Positions 28,012 to 36,827 of a stretch of DNA of 47,890 nt are shown here, piece by piece (within the stretch, counting starts at the first letter, position 1; each line of letters starts with the position of its first letter). The position numbers were made by a program, and so were the translations under genes. Source of the stretch: Pseudomonadales bacterium. GTDB lineage: Bacteria > Pseudomonadota > Gammaproteobacteria > Pseudomonadales > Azotimanducaceae. Location of the stretch: NCBI GenBank assembly GCA_021295875.1, contig JAGWBN010000005.1, positions 2,776-50,665 of the forward strand, read 5' to 3'. The notes beneath the pieces were generated by a model. The model saw nothing but the letters and a program-made list of their open reading frames with translations. It had not been told where the DNA came from and ran no database searches.

Positions 28012-28789
28012 GCGGGGGCCGGGACGGCCAGGTTCCGAGGCCGGGCAGGCGGACCGCCGGCGGGTACAGGCCGATGCCGGCGGCCGACCCGAACAGGTTG
28101 ATCTCGACGCCTTCGCGCAGTGCGGCGGTGACGCCGACCACGCCATGGAGGGAGAGTTGGTAGCCGGTGCCGCTGGGTGAACGCGCGACCAGCCTGCCGT
28201 CGGTCAGGTAGTCCTTGCCGATGGCCGTGGGCGGCAGGTTCAGGCGGAGTTCCGGAACCCGGCGACCGACGTAGGCGGTGAAGGTGTTGCTGTTGGGACC
28301 CGGCCACATGCGGTACTCGTGCGCGTACGGATAGTCCCGTGCGGCGGCTTCGATCCGGTCGATCACCGCGTCCACGCCGGGTCCGCGCAGGTCAACGAGG
28401 AGTTGCGGAGGATTGGAGAACCACATGGCGTCGGGGCCGCCCGGTTCCCGCACCAATGCCGTGCCGGTGCGGCGCAACCGCCAGCCGATCACTTCGTGGC
28501 GCAGGTAGTTCTCGGCGCCCGAACGCTTGACCGCGATCCAGGTGTGCACCGCCAAGGCACCTCGCAATCCCCAGGTGCGTGCGGCGTAGACCTGCACGAC
28601 GGGTTCGACGGTCTCCGACGCGACCGGGGCCTGACCGGTCGGTTCGTGGCTGGCCGCGCCCCAGTGCGGACGCTCCGCGAAGGCGCGTACCCCCACGGCG
28701 ACCAACGCGGGAGCGACGAAGACGCCGAGCAGGATCCACGCAGTCATTCGCAGGACCCGCCTGCCTACCGATCGACGGCGAAGCGGCAT
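27968..28789 (-). CDS. membrane-anchored DUF3750-like protein
   Basis: N-terminal TM segment (AWILLGVFVAPALVAVGV). Conserved-looking blocks HTWIAVKR, YRMWPGPNSNTF and LPPTAIGKDY match my recollection of DUF3750. The 3' end overlaps the convergent radical-SAM gene by 44 nt. Confidence 0.7.
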   Translation of the reverse strand: MPLRRRSVGRRVLRMTAWILLGVFVAPALVAVGVRAFAERPHWGAASHEPTGQAPVASETVEPVVQVYAARTWGLRGALAVHTWIAVKRSGAENYLRHEVIGWRLRRTGTALVREPGGPDAMWFSNPPQLLVDLRGPGVDAVIDRIEAAARDYPYAHEYRMWPGPNSNTFTAYVGRRVPELRLNLPPTAIGKDYLTDGRLVARSPSGTGYQLSLHGVVGVTAALREGVEINLFGSAAGIGLYPPAVRLPGLGTWPSRPPLRIGSPGRDGTDRS

Positions 28790-28845
28790 GCGGCACCCGG
28801 GGTCAGTGGATAGAATCGCCCCTTCCTTGTGGATGGCCCGCGAAC

Positions 28846-29097
28846 TTGGCCCGGCGCTTCGACATCCCCCACCGCCACCGGGAGTTCAGCGTGGTGATCA
28901 CCGACGACGGCGCTCTGGAGCTCTGGCTCGACGGCTGCCTGCGCAAGCGGCGTGACCTTGGCGAACGCGACCCGCTGTACGTCTGGACGAACATCGAACT
29001 CGACTGGGAGGAGCACCATTACGTCGAGGCGCGCTACTACCGGCACACCGACGAATTGGCGCTGACGATCAACGGCGCGCCGGTCCCGACGGAGTAG
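28846..29097 (+). CDS. small hypothetical protein (about 83 aa)
   Basis: The in-frame segment has balanced composition (FSVVITDDGALELWLDGCLRKRRDLGERDPLYVWTNIELDWEEHHYVEARYY). Start is uncertain: TTG 28846 or a downstream GTG. No family recognised. Confidence 0.35.
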   Translation: MARRFDIPHRHREFSVVITDDGALELWLDGCLRKRRDLGERDPLYVWTNIELDWEEHHYVEARYYRHTDELALTINGAPVPTE

Positions 29098-29128
29098 CCC
29101 GCAGAGGCTACCAGACGACGAGACGCCG

Positions 29129-32100
29129 TCATCGGCTGTACAGGCTCAGTAGCAACGCGCGCAGGTTCGCCTGGATGTTGTACAGGCAGGGAATCAGGAT
29201 CAGTGTGATGGCCGTCGCGAAGACGATGCCGAAGGCGAGCGACACCGCCATGGGGATCACGATCTGCGCCTGCATCGAGCGCTCGAGCACGATGGGCACC
29301 AGGCCGAAGAAGGTGGTGAGCGAGGTGAGCAGAATGGGCCGGAAGCGCACCGCCCCGGACTCGATGGCGGCCTGCGCGGGGGTCGCGCCCTCGGCCACCC
29401 GCCGGTTGACGAAGTGCACCAGGATCAGGCTGTCGTTGACGACGACACCCGCCAGCGCGAAGAACCCGAGTAGCGAGATGGCATTGACCGGGATGCCGAT
29501 GATCCAGTGCCCGATGACGGCACCGATCAGGCCGAACGGGATGACCGCCATGATCACCAGCGGTTGCAGGTAGGACTTGAGCGGAATCGCCATCAGCACG
29601 TAGATGCCCACCAGGGCGCCCGCGAATCCGAAGATCATCTCCCACACGGACGACTGCTGCTCCATCAGGAAGGTGCCCAGGCCGACGTCGACCCCGAGAT
29701 AGCGGCTGCGCAACTCCGGCATGAAGGTGGCGAACACATTGTCCACCACCTGATTGGGTTCGACGACGTTCAGGTCGGCGTTCGCCGAGACGGTGACCGT
29801 GCGCCGGCCGTCGATGCGGCTGATGGCGTTGTAACCCCGCTCCAGCTCGTAGGTGGCGACGGCGTGGAACGGCAGTTCGCGGCCATCGGGCAGGCGGATC
29901 CACATGTTCTCCAGGTTGCCGATGGATTTCCGCTCGCTCTCGGGGTAGCGGACCATCACCCGGACGTCGGAGTCGCCGCGCTGGATGCGCTGCGCCTGGG
30001 CACCGTAGAACGCCTGCCGGACCTGGCGTGCCAAATCGGACAACGTCACGCCCATGGCCTCGGCTTCGGGGCGGACCTCGAGGCGTAGCTCCTCCGGGCC
30101 GACGTTCGCCGAGGACTCCACCTCGTAGAGGCCGTCGTAGGTCTTCAGGTGGGCGACGAGGTCGTCGGCGGCGTTCTCCACGTCCTGGATGTTGCGACCG
30201 CTGAGGCGGAACGACACCGGGGGGCCGCCGCCCATCCGGTTGCCGGTGGAGATCTGCAGTTCGGTGGTGCCGGCGATCTCGCCGACCTTGTCGCGCCAGC
30301 GCGCCTCGAACTCCTTCATGTCGAAGTCGGCGGTGCGGGTCTCCACCTTCGCGAGCTCGACCTGGAATCGGCCGCTGCGACCGTTCTGCACATAGGCGAA
30401 GACGTTCTGCACGACATCGTCCTCGAATCCGTACGCCGCCTTGAGATCGTCGTCCACCTCGCGCAGCGTCGCGTTCATCTGATCGACGATGTCGACGATC
30501 AGCGAATCCGGCGCACCCTCCTGGATCTCCACCTGGGCCATGACGAAGTCGCCGCCGAATTCCGGGAAGTAGCTGATGCGGATGAAACCGCCCTGGATCA
30601 GGCCGACGATCAGCATGGCGATGCCGACGAACGCCGCCAGGGTCGCCCAGCGGTATTCGATGGCGCGGGCCAGCAGCGGCTTGTAGAACCGCTCGATGAA
30701 GCGCTTCAACCGGGTGTCCACCCAGTCGGCGAAGCCCCGGCGGGCGCCGTGGGACGAGTGCATGATGGCGAGGTGGGACGGCAGGATCAGCTTGCTCTCG
30801 ACCAGCGAGAAGGCGAGACACAGGATGACGATCCAGGCGATCGCGCCGGCCACCGACGAGGTCGCGCCGGACTGCAGCAGCATGGGGATGAAGGCCATGA
30901 TGGTGGTCAACACGCCGAAGGTTGCCGGCACCGCGACACGCTGGGCGCCGCGCACGATGTTGGGCAGCGTGTAGCCGTATTCCTCGGTCTCGGTGTAGGC
31001 GCTCTCGGCGATGATGATGGCGTCGTCGACGACGATGCCGAGGACGAGGATGAACGCGAACAGGCTCATGACGTTGACCGTCACGTCGACGAACGGCAGC
31101 GGCATCATCATGAATGCGCCGAGGAAGGCCACCGGCAGGCCGATGATCACCCAGGCGGCCACCTTGAGGTGCAGGAAGGTGCCGAGAATGATGAACACCA
31201 GGACCGCGCCCAGTGCCATGTTCTTCAGCATCATGTCGATGCGGCCCTCGAGGTAGAAGGAGCTGTCGGCCCAGGCCGTCATCTGCGCTTCGGGCGGCAA
31301 GGTCGGGTTGCGTTGTTCGACGAACGCCTTCACGGCGCCGCTGACGTCGATGGGATTCTCTTCCTCGCTCGCCATGACGTTGATGCCGAAGGACCGTTTG
31401 CCGTTGAAGAACGCGTAGCTCTGGACTTCGGCGAACTGGTCGCGGATGGTGGCCACGTCGCCGAGCCGGATGCGCGTCCCATCGGGCCGGGTGACCAGCA
31501 CGATCTCCTCGTACTCTTGGCCCGTATAGGCCTGACCCGTGGCCCGGAGGCGAATGTCGCCCGCCTCGGAGCGAATGGACCCGCCGGGCAGGTCGATGGA
31601 CCATTGCCGGATCACCTGGACGACGCCGTCGAGCGTCAGGCCGTACTGCCGCAGCGTGGCCTCGGAGACCTCGATGGAGATCTCGAAGGGCCTTGATCCG
31701 GACACCTGGGCGTAGGAGACCTCGGGCAGCGCGACGATCTCCTCCTGCAGGGTGTCGGCGAGTTCCTTCATCGTGGCCTCGTCGAGGTCGCCGGCGAGTT
31801 GTACGTTGATCACCTGCTGCCGGAACCGGGCCTCGGAAATGATCGGTCGCTCGGTCTCGGCGGGAAAGGTGGAAATACCGTCGATGGCGAGTTTCACCTC
31901 GTCCATCTTCTCCGACAGGTCGGTTCCCGTCTCGAGATCGATGCTGACGAGGCCCGATCCCTCGCCGGCTGAGGAACGGATTTCGCGTACGCCCTCGATG
32001 GACTTCACCGCTTCTTCGATCCGCAGGATCACCCCCTGCTCGACCTCCTCCGGCGTGGCGCCCCGGAAAGGCACCTGTACCTGGATCTGGTTGCGGTTGA

Positions 32101-32275
32101 ACTCGGGAAAGGACTCCTGCTTGATCTGGAACCACAGCGCGTAGATGCCGAGGCCGATGATGGCGAACATCAGCAGGTTGGCGGCGACGTGGTTCTTGGC
32201 GAACCAACCGATCAGACCGTGGACTTCGTCGCTACCGGATGAATCCGGGCGCGGATTGGCGAAGCCGTCACTCAC
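29129..32275 (-). CDS. RND efflux transporter permease (AcrB/AcrD/AcrF superfamily)
   Basis: 1048 aa with a 12-TM layout and two large periplasmic loops. Typical N-terminus (FAKNHVAANLLMFAIIGLG) and blocks such as VLGIVVDDAIIIAE and ALAGVVVNDSLILV. Confidence 0.92.
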   Translation of the reverse strand: MSDGFANPRPDSSGSDEVHGLIGWFAKNHVAANLLMFAIIGLGIYALWFQIKQESFPEFNRNQIQVQVPFRGATPEEVEQGVILRIEEAVKSIEGVREIRSSAGEGSGLVSIDLETGTDLSEKMDEVKLAIDGISTFPAETERPIISEARFRQQVINVQLAGDLDEATMKELADTLQEEIVALPEVSYAQVSGSRPFEISIEVSEATLRQYGLTLDGVVQVIRQWSIDLPGGSIRSEAGDIRLRATGQAYTGQEYEEIVLVTRPDGTRIRLGDVATIRDQFAEVQSYAFFNGKRSFGINVMASEEENPIDVSGAVKAFVEQRNPTLPPEAQMTAWADSSFYLEGRIDMMLKNMALGAVLVFIILGTFLHLKVAAWVIIGLPVAFLGAFMMMPLPFVDVTVNVMSLFAFILVLGIVVDDAIIIAESAYTETEEYGYTLPNIVRGAQRVAVPATFGVLTTIMAFIPMLLQSGATSSVAGAIAWIVILCLAFSLVESKLILPSHLAIMHSSHGARRGFADWVDTRLKRFIERFYKPLLARAIEYRWATLAAFVGIAMLIVGLIQGGFIRISYFPEFGGDFVMAQVEIQEGAPDSLIVDIVDQMNATLREVDDDLKAAYGFEDDVVQNVFAYVQNGRSGRFQVELAKVETRTADFDMKEFEARWRDKVGEIAGTTELQISTGNRMGGGPPVSFRLSGRNIQDVENAADDLVAHLKTYDGLYEVESSANVGPEELRLEVRPEAEAMGVTLSDLARQVRQAFYGAQAQRIQRGDSDVRVMVRYPESERKSIGNLENMWIRLPDGRELPFHAVATYELERGYNAISRIDGRRTVTVSANADLNVVEPNQVVDNVFATFMPELRSRYLGVDVGLGTFLMEQQSSVWEMIFGFAGALVGIYVLMAIPLKSYLQPLVIMAVIPFGLIGAVIGHWIIGIPVNAISLLGFFALAGVVVNDSLILVHFVNRRVAEGATPAQAAIESGAVRFRPILLTSLTTFFGLVPIVLERSMQAQIVIPMAVSLAFGIVFATAITLILIPCLYNIQANLRALLLSLYSR

Positions 32276-33443
32276 TGTTGATGCGCACCCTCATGCCCGG
32301 TAGCGAGTTTTCCGGAGGAATCACCGTATAGCGTTCGCCGTCGGCGAGACCGGCGTCCACGTACGCGTAGCGCTCGTCGGCGCGCACCACCGTCACGCGG
32401 CGGGGCTCGATCGTCATGTCGTCGCCGACGATCCATAGCGTGTGGCCGCGTTCAAGGGAATGGCGGGGAATGACGAACAGGTCGCCGCCGCTCCTGCCTC
32501 TGATATCCGCGCTGACGAACGTACCGATGCGCAGCGGCTCTTCGCCGGGTGCGTAGGGATCGTCGACCTGCGCGACGACGTGGAGGACTCGAGTCTGGGC
32601 GTCGAACACCCCTTCCGAGCGGACGATCTGGGCATCCCAGGTGTGCGTGATGCCGCCGATGTCGGCCCTGAGCGTGACCGGTAGCGGGATGCCCGGTTGG
32701 CGCCCGGGAAGTTCCAGGTAGTTGAGATCCGTCTGCGGCACGGGCAGGCGGACCTCCGCATAGTCGGTGGCGAAGGTCTCCGCCAACGGCGTGCCCGTGT
32801 TGACGAACTGGCCGACGTCCGCGCGCTTCTCGCGCACCATGCCGTCGTAGGGCGCGCGGATCACCGTCCGACTCAAGTCCTCGGTGGCCTTCTCCAAGTC
32901 CGCTTCCGCCGACTCCAGGCGCGCGACGGCCTCCGCCAGCTGCGGTTTTCGCAGGGTGAGATCGGACGCCGGCTTGTCGGAGACGTCGAGGCTCCTCAGA
33001 CGTTGCCAGTCCTCGTAGGCATAGCCCGCCAGGGCGTTCTCCGTCGCCAGCTGGGTCTCGGCCTGGGCGACGCCCGCGGACGCCCGCTTCACCGCCGTCT
33101 CGTAGTTGCGCGGATCGATCTGCACCAGCACGTCGTCCTTGTCGAAGAATCCGCCGCTGACGAAATTGGGAGAGACCTCGATGATCTGCCCCGACACTTC
33201 GGAGACGAGCGTCGTGCGCGTGCGCGGTTCGACGACCCCTTGGGAGCGCACGACGAAAATCACCGGTTGCCGCTGCGCGACGGCGACGTCGACCAGCAGG
33301 GTCGGGGGTGGCGCCGGCTTCTGCACGGTGGGAGGGCGTGCGCCGGCAAGCAATAGCGCGCTGACTCCGGCACCGCCCAGGACGACGATCGGCAGGAGAA
33401 TTTTCAGCAGCAGTCTGGACATGCTCGTGCGTGCGGGCGGCAA
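32268..33443 (-). CDS. RND efflux periplasmic adaptor (membrane fusion protein)
   Basis: N-terminal anchor, then coiled-coil/lipoyl/beta-barrel layout (VSGQIIEV, QLAEAVARLESAEADLEKA, VIRAPYDGMV). It overlaps the RND gene by 8 nt. Confidence 0.88.
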   Translation of the reverse strand: MPPARTSMSRLLLKILLPIVVLGGAGVSALLLAGARPPTVQKPAPPPTLLVDVAVAQRQPVIFVVRSQGVVEPRTRTTLVSEVSGQIIEVSPNFVSGGFFDKDDVLVQIDPRNYETAVKRASAGVAQAETQLATENALAGYAYEDWQRLRSLDVSDKPASDLTLRKPQLAEAVARLESAEADLEKATEDLSRTVIRAPYDGMVREKRADVGQFVNTGTPLAETFATDYAEVRLPVPQTDLNYLELPGRQPGIPLPVTLRADIGGITHTWDAQIVRSEGVFDAQTRVLHVVAQVDDPYAPGEEPLRIGTFVSADIRGRSGGDLFVIPRHSLERGHTLWIVGDDMTIEPRRVTVVRADERYAYVDAGLADGERYTVIPPENSLPGMRVRINSE

Positions 33444-33551
33444 GTGCTACTTTTCGTAACGCTCAAACGGCCAATAGTAGCGCACAATGGGCATGACTAC
33501 CCTGTGTCCCCGCCCGCGTCGATTCCTTGGGCAAACGTTCCGTACGCGTTG

Positions 33552-34667
33552 TCAGATCCTGCCCTTGGCGAGATCCAACCGCCCACGCGCCAGGTTCAAT
33601 CGCAGGATATCGCTGGCGCCTTCGGCGAGACGCAGGGAGCGAACGCGGCGGTACAGTTCCTCCAAGGGGTGGCCGGACCGCAGCGCCGCGCCGCCCACCA
33701 GTTGAATGCCGGTGTCGACGATCTCGCCGACGGCTTCCGTGGCGAACACCTTGGAGGCGATGCCTTCGTTGATGATGTTCTCGCCGGCATCGCCGAGGCG
33801 GGCCGTGCGGTACACCATGCTGCGCGCGGCGTAGGCGCGGATCCGCATGTCGGCGTAGCGCAGCCGCACGCCCTCCCGGGCGGCCAGCGGGGTGCCGCTG
33901 CGATGGGGTTTGGCGATGTGCTCGGTGACGAAGTCGATGACCCAGCGGGCGAGCCCCACGCTCTCAGCGGCCATCGCCAGGCGCGTGTCGCCGATCTGGC
34001 GCATGGCCCGGGGCAGACCCTCGCCGGGCCGGCCGATGATGTGTGTTTCGGGTACCCGGACGTCGCGGAACTCCATGTACGCGTGGCGGCTGCCGTCCAC
34101 GGAGCCGAAGGTGCGCACGACGTCGACGCCCGGCGCCTCGCGGTCGATGACGACCATGGCCGGTCCGCGTCCCTCGACCTCCACGAGGACGTTGATGAAG
34201 TCCGCGTCGGCGCCTCCAGTGACATAGGATTTCTGGCCGTTGACGGTCAGCGTTCCGCCGTCGAGTCTTGCCGAGGTCGGGCGCTCCGCGTCGTCCGGTT
34301 CGGTGAAGCCGAACGCGCCGCGTTTCTCACCGGCGAGAACGGGGGCGAGGTATCGGCTGCGCAGGGGTTCGCCGACGCCGCCGAGCACGCCGGGCCCGGG
34401 GCCGAAGATGCCGGGCAAATGACAGACGTTGTGCGCCCCCAGAGTGTCGCGCACCACGGTGAGTTCAAGGAGCGTGGCGCCGCCGCCGAACTCCTCGGGC
34501 TGGGCCATGGAGAACACGCCAGCCTGCTTCGACGCCTCGCGGATGCGGGCGGCGCGATCGCCCGGGTCGAGTGACGAGTCGTCGCGCAGCGGAACCAGGA
34601 CGTCGTGGGCGAGGGTTGTTACCCGGTCGCGAAGGGCGACCGTCTCTTGGGGCAGCCAATCCGGCAT
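33552..34667 (-). CDS. acyl-CoA dehydrogenase family protein
   Basis: 371 aa from MPDWLPQETVALRD, with GAFGFTEPDDA, QKSYVTGG and C-terminal RLAEGASDILRL. The long upstream extension (to 35972) in the ORF track is rejected. The ATG overlaps the upstream stop (ATGA). Confidence 0.88.
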   Translation of the reverse strand: MPDWLPQETVALRDRVTTLAHDVLVPLRDDSSLDPGDRAARIREASKQAGVFSMAQPEEFGGGATLLELTVVRDTLGAHNVCHLPGIFGPGPGVLGGVGEPLRSRYLAPVLAGEKRGAFGFTEPDDAERPTSARLDGGTLTVNGQKSYVTGGADADFINVLVEVEGRGPAMVVIDREAPGVDVVRTFGSVDGSRHAYMEFRDVRVPETHIIGRPGEGLPRAMRQIGDTRLAMAAESVGLARWVIDFVTEHIAKPHRSGTPLAAREGVRLRYADMRIRAYAARSMVYRTARLGDAGENIINEGIASKVFATEAVGEIVDTGIQLVGGAALRSGHPLEELYRRVRSLRLAEGASDILRLNLARGRLDLAKGRI

Positions 34668-35053
34668 CAGAAGAAGGACGGCGCAATGGCGAGCGCGGCC
34701 AGCAGGAGAAGCAGGACCGCCATCAGCACGAGGGCGTAGAAGATCCAGGACTCGCGCCGCGCATGGCTCTGCACCAGGGCCTGGATGTCCTCGCGACCGC
34801 GCGCGGCGACGGACGACGCCAACCGATAGCGGGTGATGCCGTCGGTGCGTCGCGGCAACTTGACGAACAGCTCCGGGACGGTGTCGAGCAGCTTGGCGGT
34901 GTCGTGGATGGACAACCCAGAGCTCCTCGCCAACTGCACGGCGGCGAGCCCCTTGTTGGGTTCGTCGAGGAAGCTGTTGACGATGGCCAGGATGCGCGCC
35001 GTCTTGCCGCGGAAACGGAATTTCCAGGGAGCGAGGTAATCTGCCATCGGCAC
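34667..35053 (-). CDS. small tail-anchored protein with a winged-helix-like N-domain
   Basis: 128 aa. The segment ARILAIVNSFLDEPNKGLAAVQLARSSGLSIHDTAKLL looks HTH-like. The C-terminus has a single TM (WIFYALVLMAVLLLLLAALAIA). It is tightly packed between cmoB and the ACAD gene. Confidence 0.6.
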   Translation of the reverse strand: MPMADYLAPWKFRFRGKTARILAIVNSFLDEPNKGLAAVQLARSSGLSIHDTAKLLDTVPELFVKLPRRTDGITRYRLASSVAARGREDIQALVQSHARRESWIFYALVLMAVLLLLLAALAIAPSFF

Positions 35054-35059
35054 CGCCGT

Positions 35060-36001
35060 TCAACGTCGTCGGGCGATCATAACGGCGCGCTTCGGTGCGG
35101 CATAGCCTTCGATGGTCCGCGTGGAGTCCTCCGGGTCGAGTGCCTCCTCCAGGGATTCGTACGGCATCCAATCGGTTCGGCGCTGCTCGACCGGGGCAGT
35201 TGGCGAGACGTCGACGACCTCGGTGGCGCCGAAGCCGGCCTCGTGGAGCCAACCCGCAAGGGTCTCGACATCCGGAACAAGCCAGACATTGCGCATGCGC
35301 GCATACCGGTCCCGGGGTTCCAAGGGCGCGCCGTCCACGACCAGGGACTCGAGCACCACCGTTGTTCGCGAGTGGACGTGGCTCGCCAGCCGACGGACGT
35401 GTGCCGCCGGATCGCGGCGGTGATAGACGACCCCCATGGAGAAGATCACGTCGAACGGTTCCGCGGCCTCGAAGGCCTCGAAGCGCAGGGGCAGGACGGT
35501 GTTCGCGGGCGTCGCCGCGCGACGGCCCGCGTAGTAGGCGATGGCCGCGTACTGCAGCGTGGCGAGCAGCGACGGGTCGAGGCCGGTGACCGAACGGGCG
35601 CCGGCTTCCAGCATGCGCCAGCCGTAGTAGCCGTTGCCGCAGCCCACGTCGAGGACGCGGCAGCCGTCGAGGTCGATGTGCGGCGCGATGCGCGCCCACT
35701 TCATGTCCGAACGCCATTCGCTGTCGATGTCGACTCCGAACAGGCGGAACGGCCCCTTGCGCCAGGGAATCAGGCCGCGCAGCCCGGTCTCGAGCCGTTC
35801 CCGCGTGGTGTCCGCCAAGGGTTCGGACCTTACGCTCACCACGTCGCCAAGGGAGATGTCGGTCGGCTCGACATCGGGCAGCCGGTCGAGCGCCGCCAGC
35901 CAACGGGGCAGGTCGCCGTGTCGATGCGTGCGCAGGACATCGACGGCATGCCCGGCGCCGGTCGCGCGCCACGCGGCGGTCAGCGACTCCAATGCGCTCA
36001 C
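35060..36001 (-). CDS. cmoB: tRNA U34 carboxymethyltransferase CmoB
   Basis: Collinear with E. coli CmoB: IPWRKGPFRLFGVDIDSEWRSDMKW, LDVGCGNGYYGWRM, FSMGVVYHRR, DRYARMRNVW, EGYAAPKRAVMIARR. Confidence 0.93.
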   Translation of the reverse strand: MSALESLTAAWRATGAGHAVDVLRTHRHGDLPRWLAALDRLPDVEPTDISLGDVVSVRSEPLADTTRERLETGLRGLIPWRKGPFRLFGVDIDSEWRSDMKWARIAPHIDLDGCRVLDVGCGNGYYGWRMLEAGARSVTGLDPSLLATLQYAAIAYYAGRRAATPANTVLPLRFEAFEAAEPFDVIFSMGVVYHRRDPAAHVRRLASHVHSRTTVVLESLVVDGAPLEPRDRYARMRNVWLVPDVETLAGWLHEAGFGATEVVDVSPTAPVEQRRTDWMPYESLEEALDPEDSTRTIEGYAAPKRAVMIARRR

Positions 36002-36047
36002 CGCGAATTCACCCGTATTCGCGTCCCTGCGCGCCTTGTCGGGCGCG

Positions 36048-36824
36048 CTACGGGGATTGCGGCCAAGCGACGAAGGACGCCCAGTTCAAGCATCGGAACC
36101 ATGTCTCGGCGGCGGCGAAGCCCGCTTCACCGAATCTCGCCAAATGCTCGTCCTCCGAATCGACCCGCATGACGTTCTCCAGCGCGGCGCGCTTCTGGCT
36201 GATCTCGAGTTCGCTGTAGCCGTTGGCGCGCTTGAAGTCGAGGTGGACTTTCTCGGCGTAGCCGGGTGCGTGGAGCTTCTCGGAGACGATCAGGACGCCG
36301 CCCGAACTCAGTGCGCCGCGAATCCTTCGCAGCAGGGGCAGGCGGTCTTCGGGAACCAGGAACTGCAGCGTGTAGTTGAGGATCACGACATCGGCCCGTT
36401 CCAGGTCGACAGCGCGCACGTCGGCCTCCAGCCAGCGCACGCGAGTCTCCTGGTCGGCGATCTTGCGCGCCCGCTGGATCATCGCCGCCGAGTCGTCGAC
36501 CGCCACGATCTCGCACGGCGTGTTACCCATGGTGTGCAGGACGGAATGGGTCGAGGCGCCGAGCGAACAGCCGAGGTCGTAGCAACGGCCACCCCTGCCC
36601 AGGTGCCTGGCGGCGATCAGGCCGGTCATGCCGACCACCGCCTCGTAGCCGGGCACCGAGCGGCGGATCATGTCGGGGAAGACGTCGACCACGGATTCGT
36701 CGAAGGTGAAGTCGACGAGGTCGCGCGGGGCGTCGAACAGGCGATCACGGCGCGGCTGGGGGGCTCGGGGCACCGCTTCCCCCACGGTGGTAGGCTCTCG
36801 GGTCCGATCCGTCACGCGGAACAT
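36048..36824 (-). CDS. cmoA: carboxy-S-adenosyl-L-methionine synthase CmoA
   Basis: FTFDESVVDVFPDMIRRSVPGYEAVV, YDLGCSLGAST, ILNYTLQF. The start may instead be GTG 36785. Confidence 0.9.
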   Translation of the reverse strand: MFRVTDRTREPTTVGEAVPRAPQPRRDRLFDAPRDLVDFTFDESVVDVFPDMIRRSVPGYEAVVGMTGLIAARHLGRGGRCYDLGCSLGASTHSVLHTMGNTPCEIVAVDDSAAMIQRARKIADQETRVRWLEADVRAVDLERADVVILNYTLQFLVPEDRLPLLRRIRGALSSGGVLIVSEKLHAPGYAEKVHLDFKRANGYSELEISQKRAALENVMRVDSEDEHLARFGEAGFAAAETWFRCLNWASFVAWPQSP

Positions 36825-36827
36825 TGT

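Noticed and set aside
33505-33520. 16-mer TGTCCCCGCCCGCGTC, present in two intergenic regions (33505-33520 and 44590-44605).
   Set aside because: My rough expectation for a GC-rich 16-mer recurring once in about 48 kb is of order one. There is no extended similarity or shared secondary structure around the two copies.
33552-35972. 806-aa ORF, along with the 1093-aa (35634-38915), 414-aa (4595-5839) and 408-aa (14855-16081) ORFs in the track.
   Set aside because: Only their C-terminal parts encode real proteins (ACAD, Ppk1, MoeB, LivG). The N-terminal extensions are Arg/Pro-rich and overlap genuine genes in other frames. Internal starts align with known family N-termini, often with ATGA/GTGA coupling.
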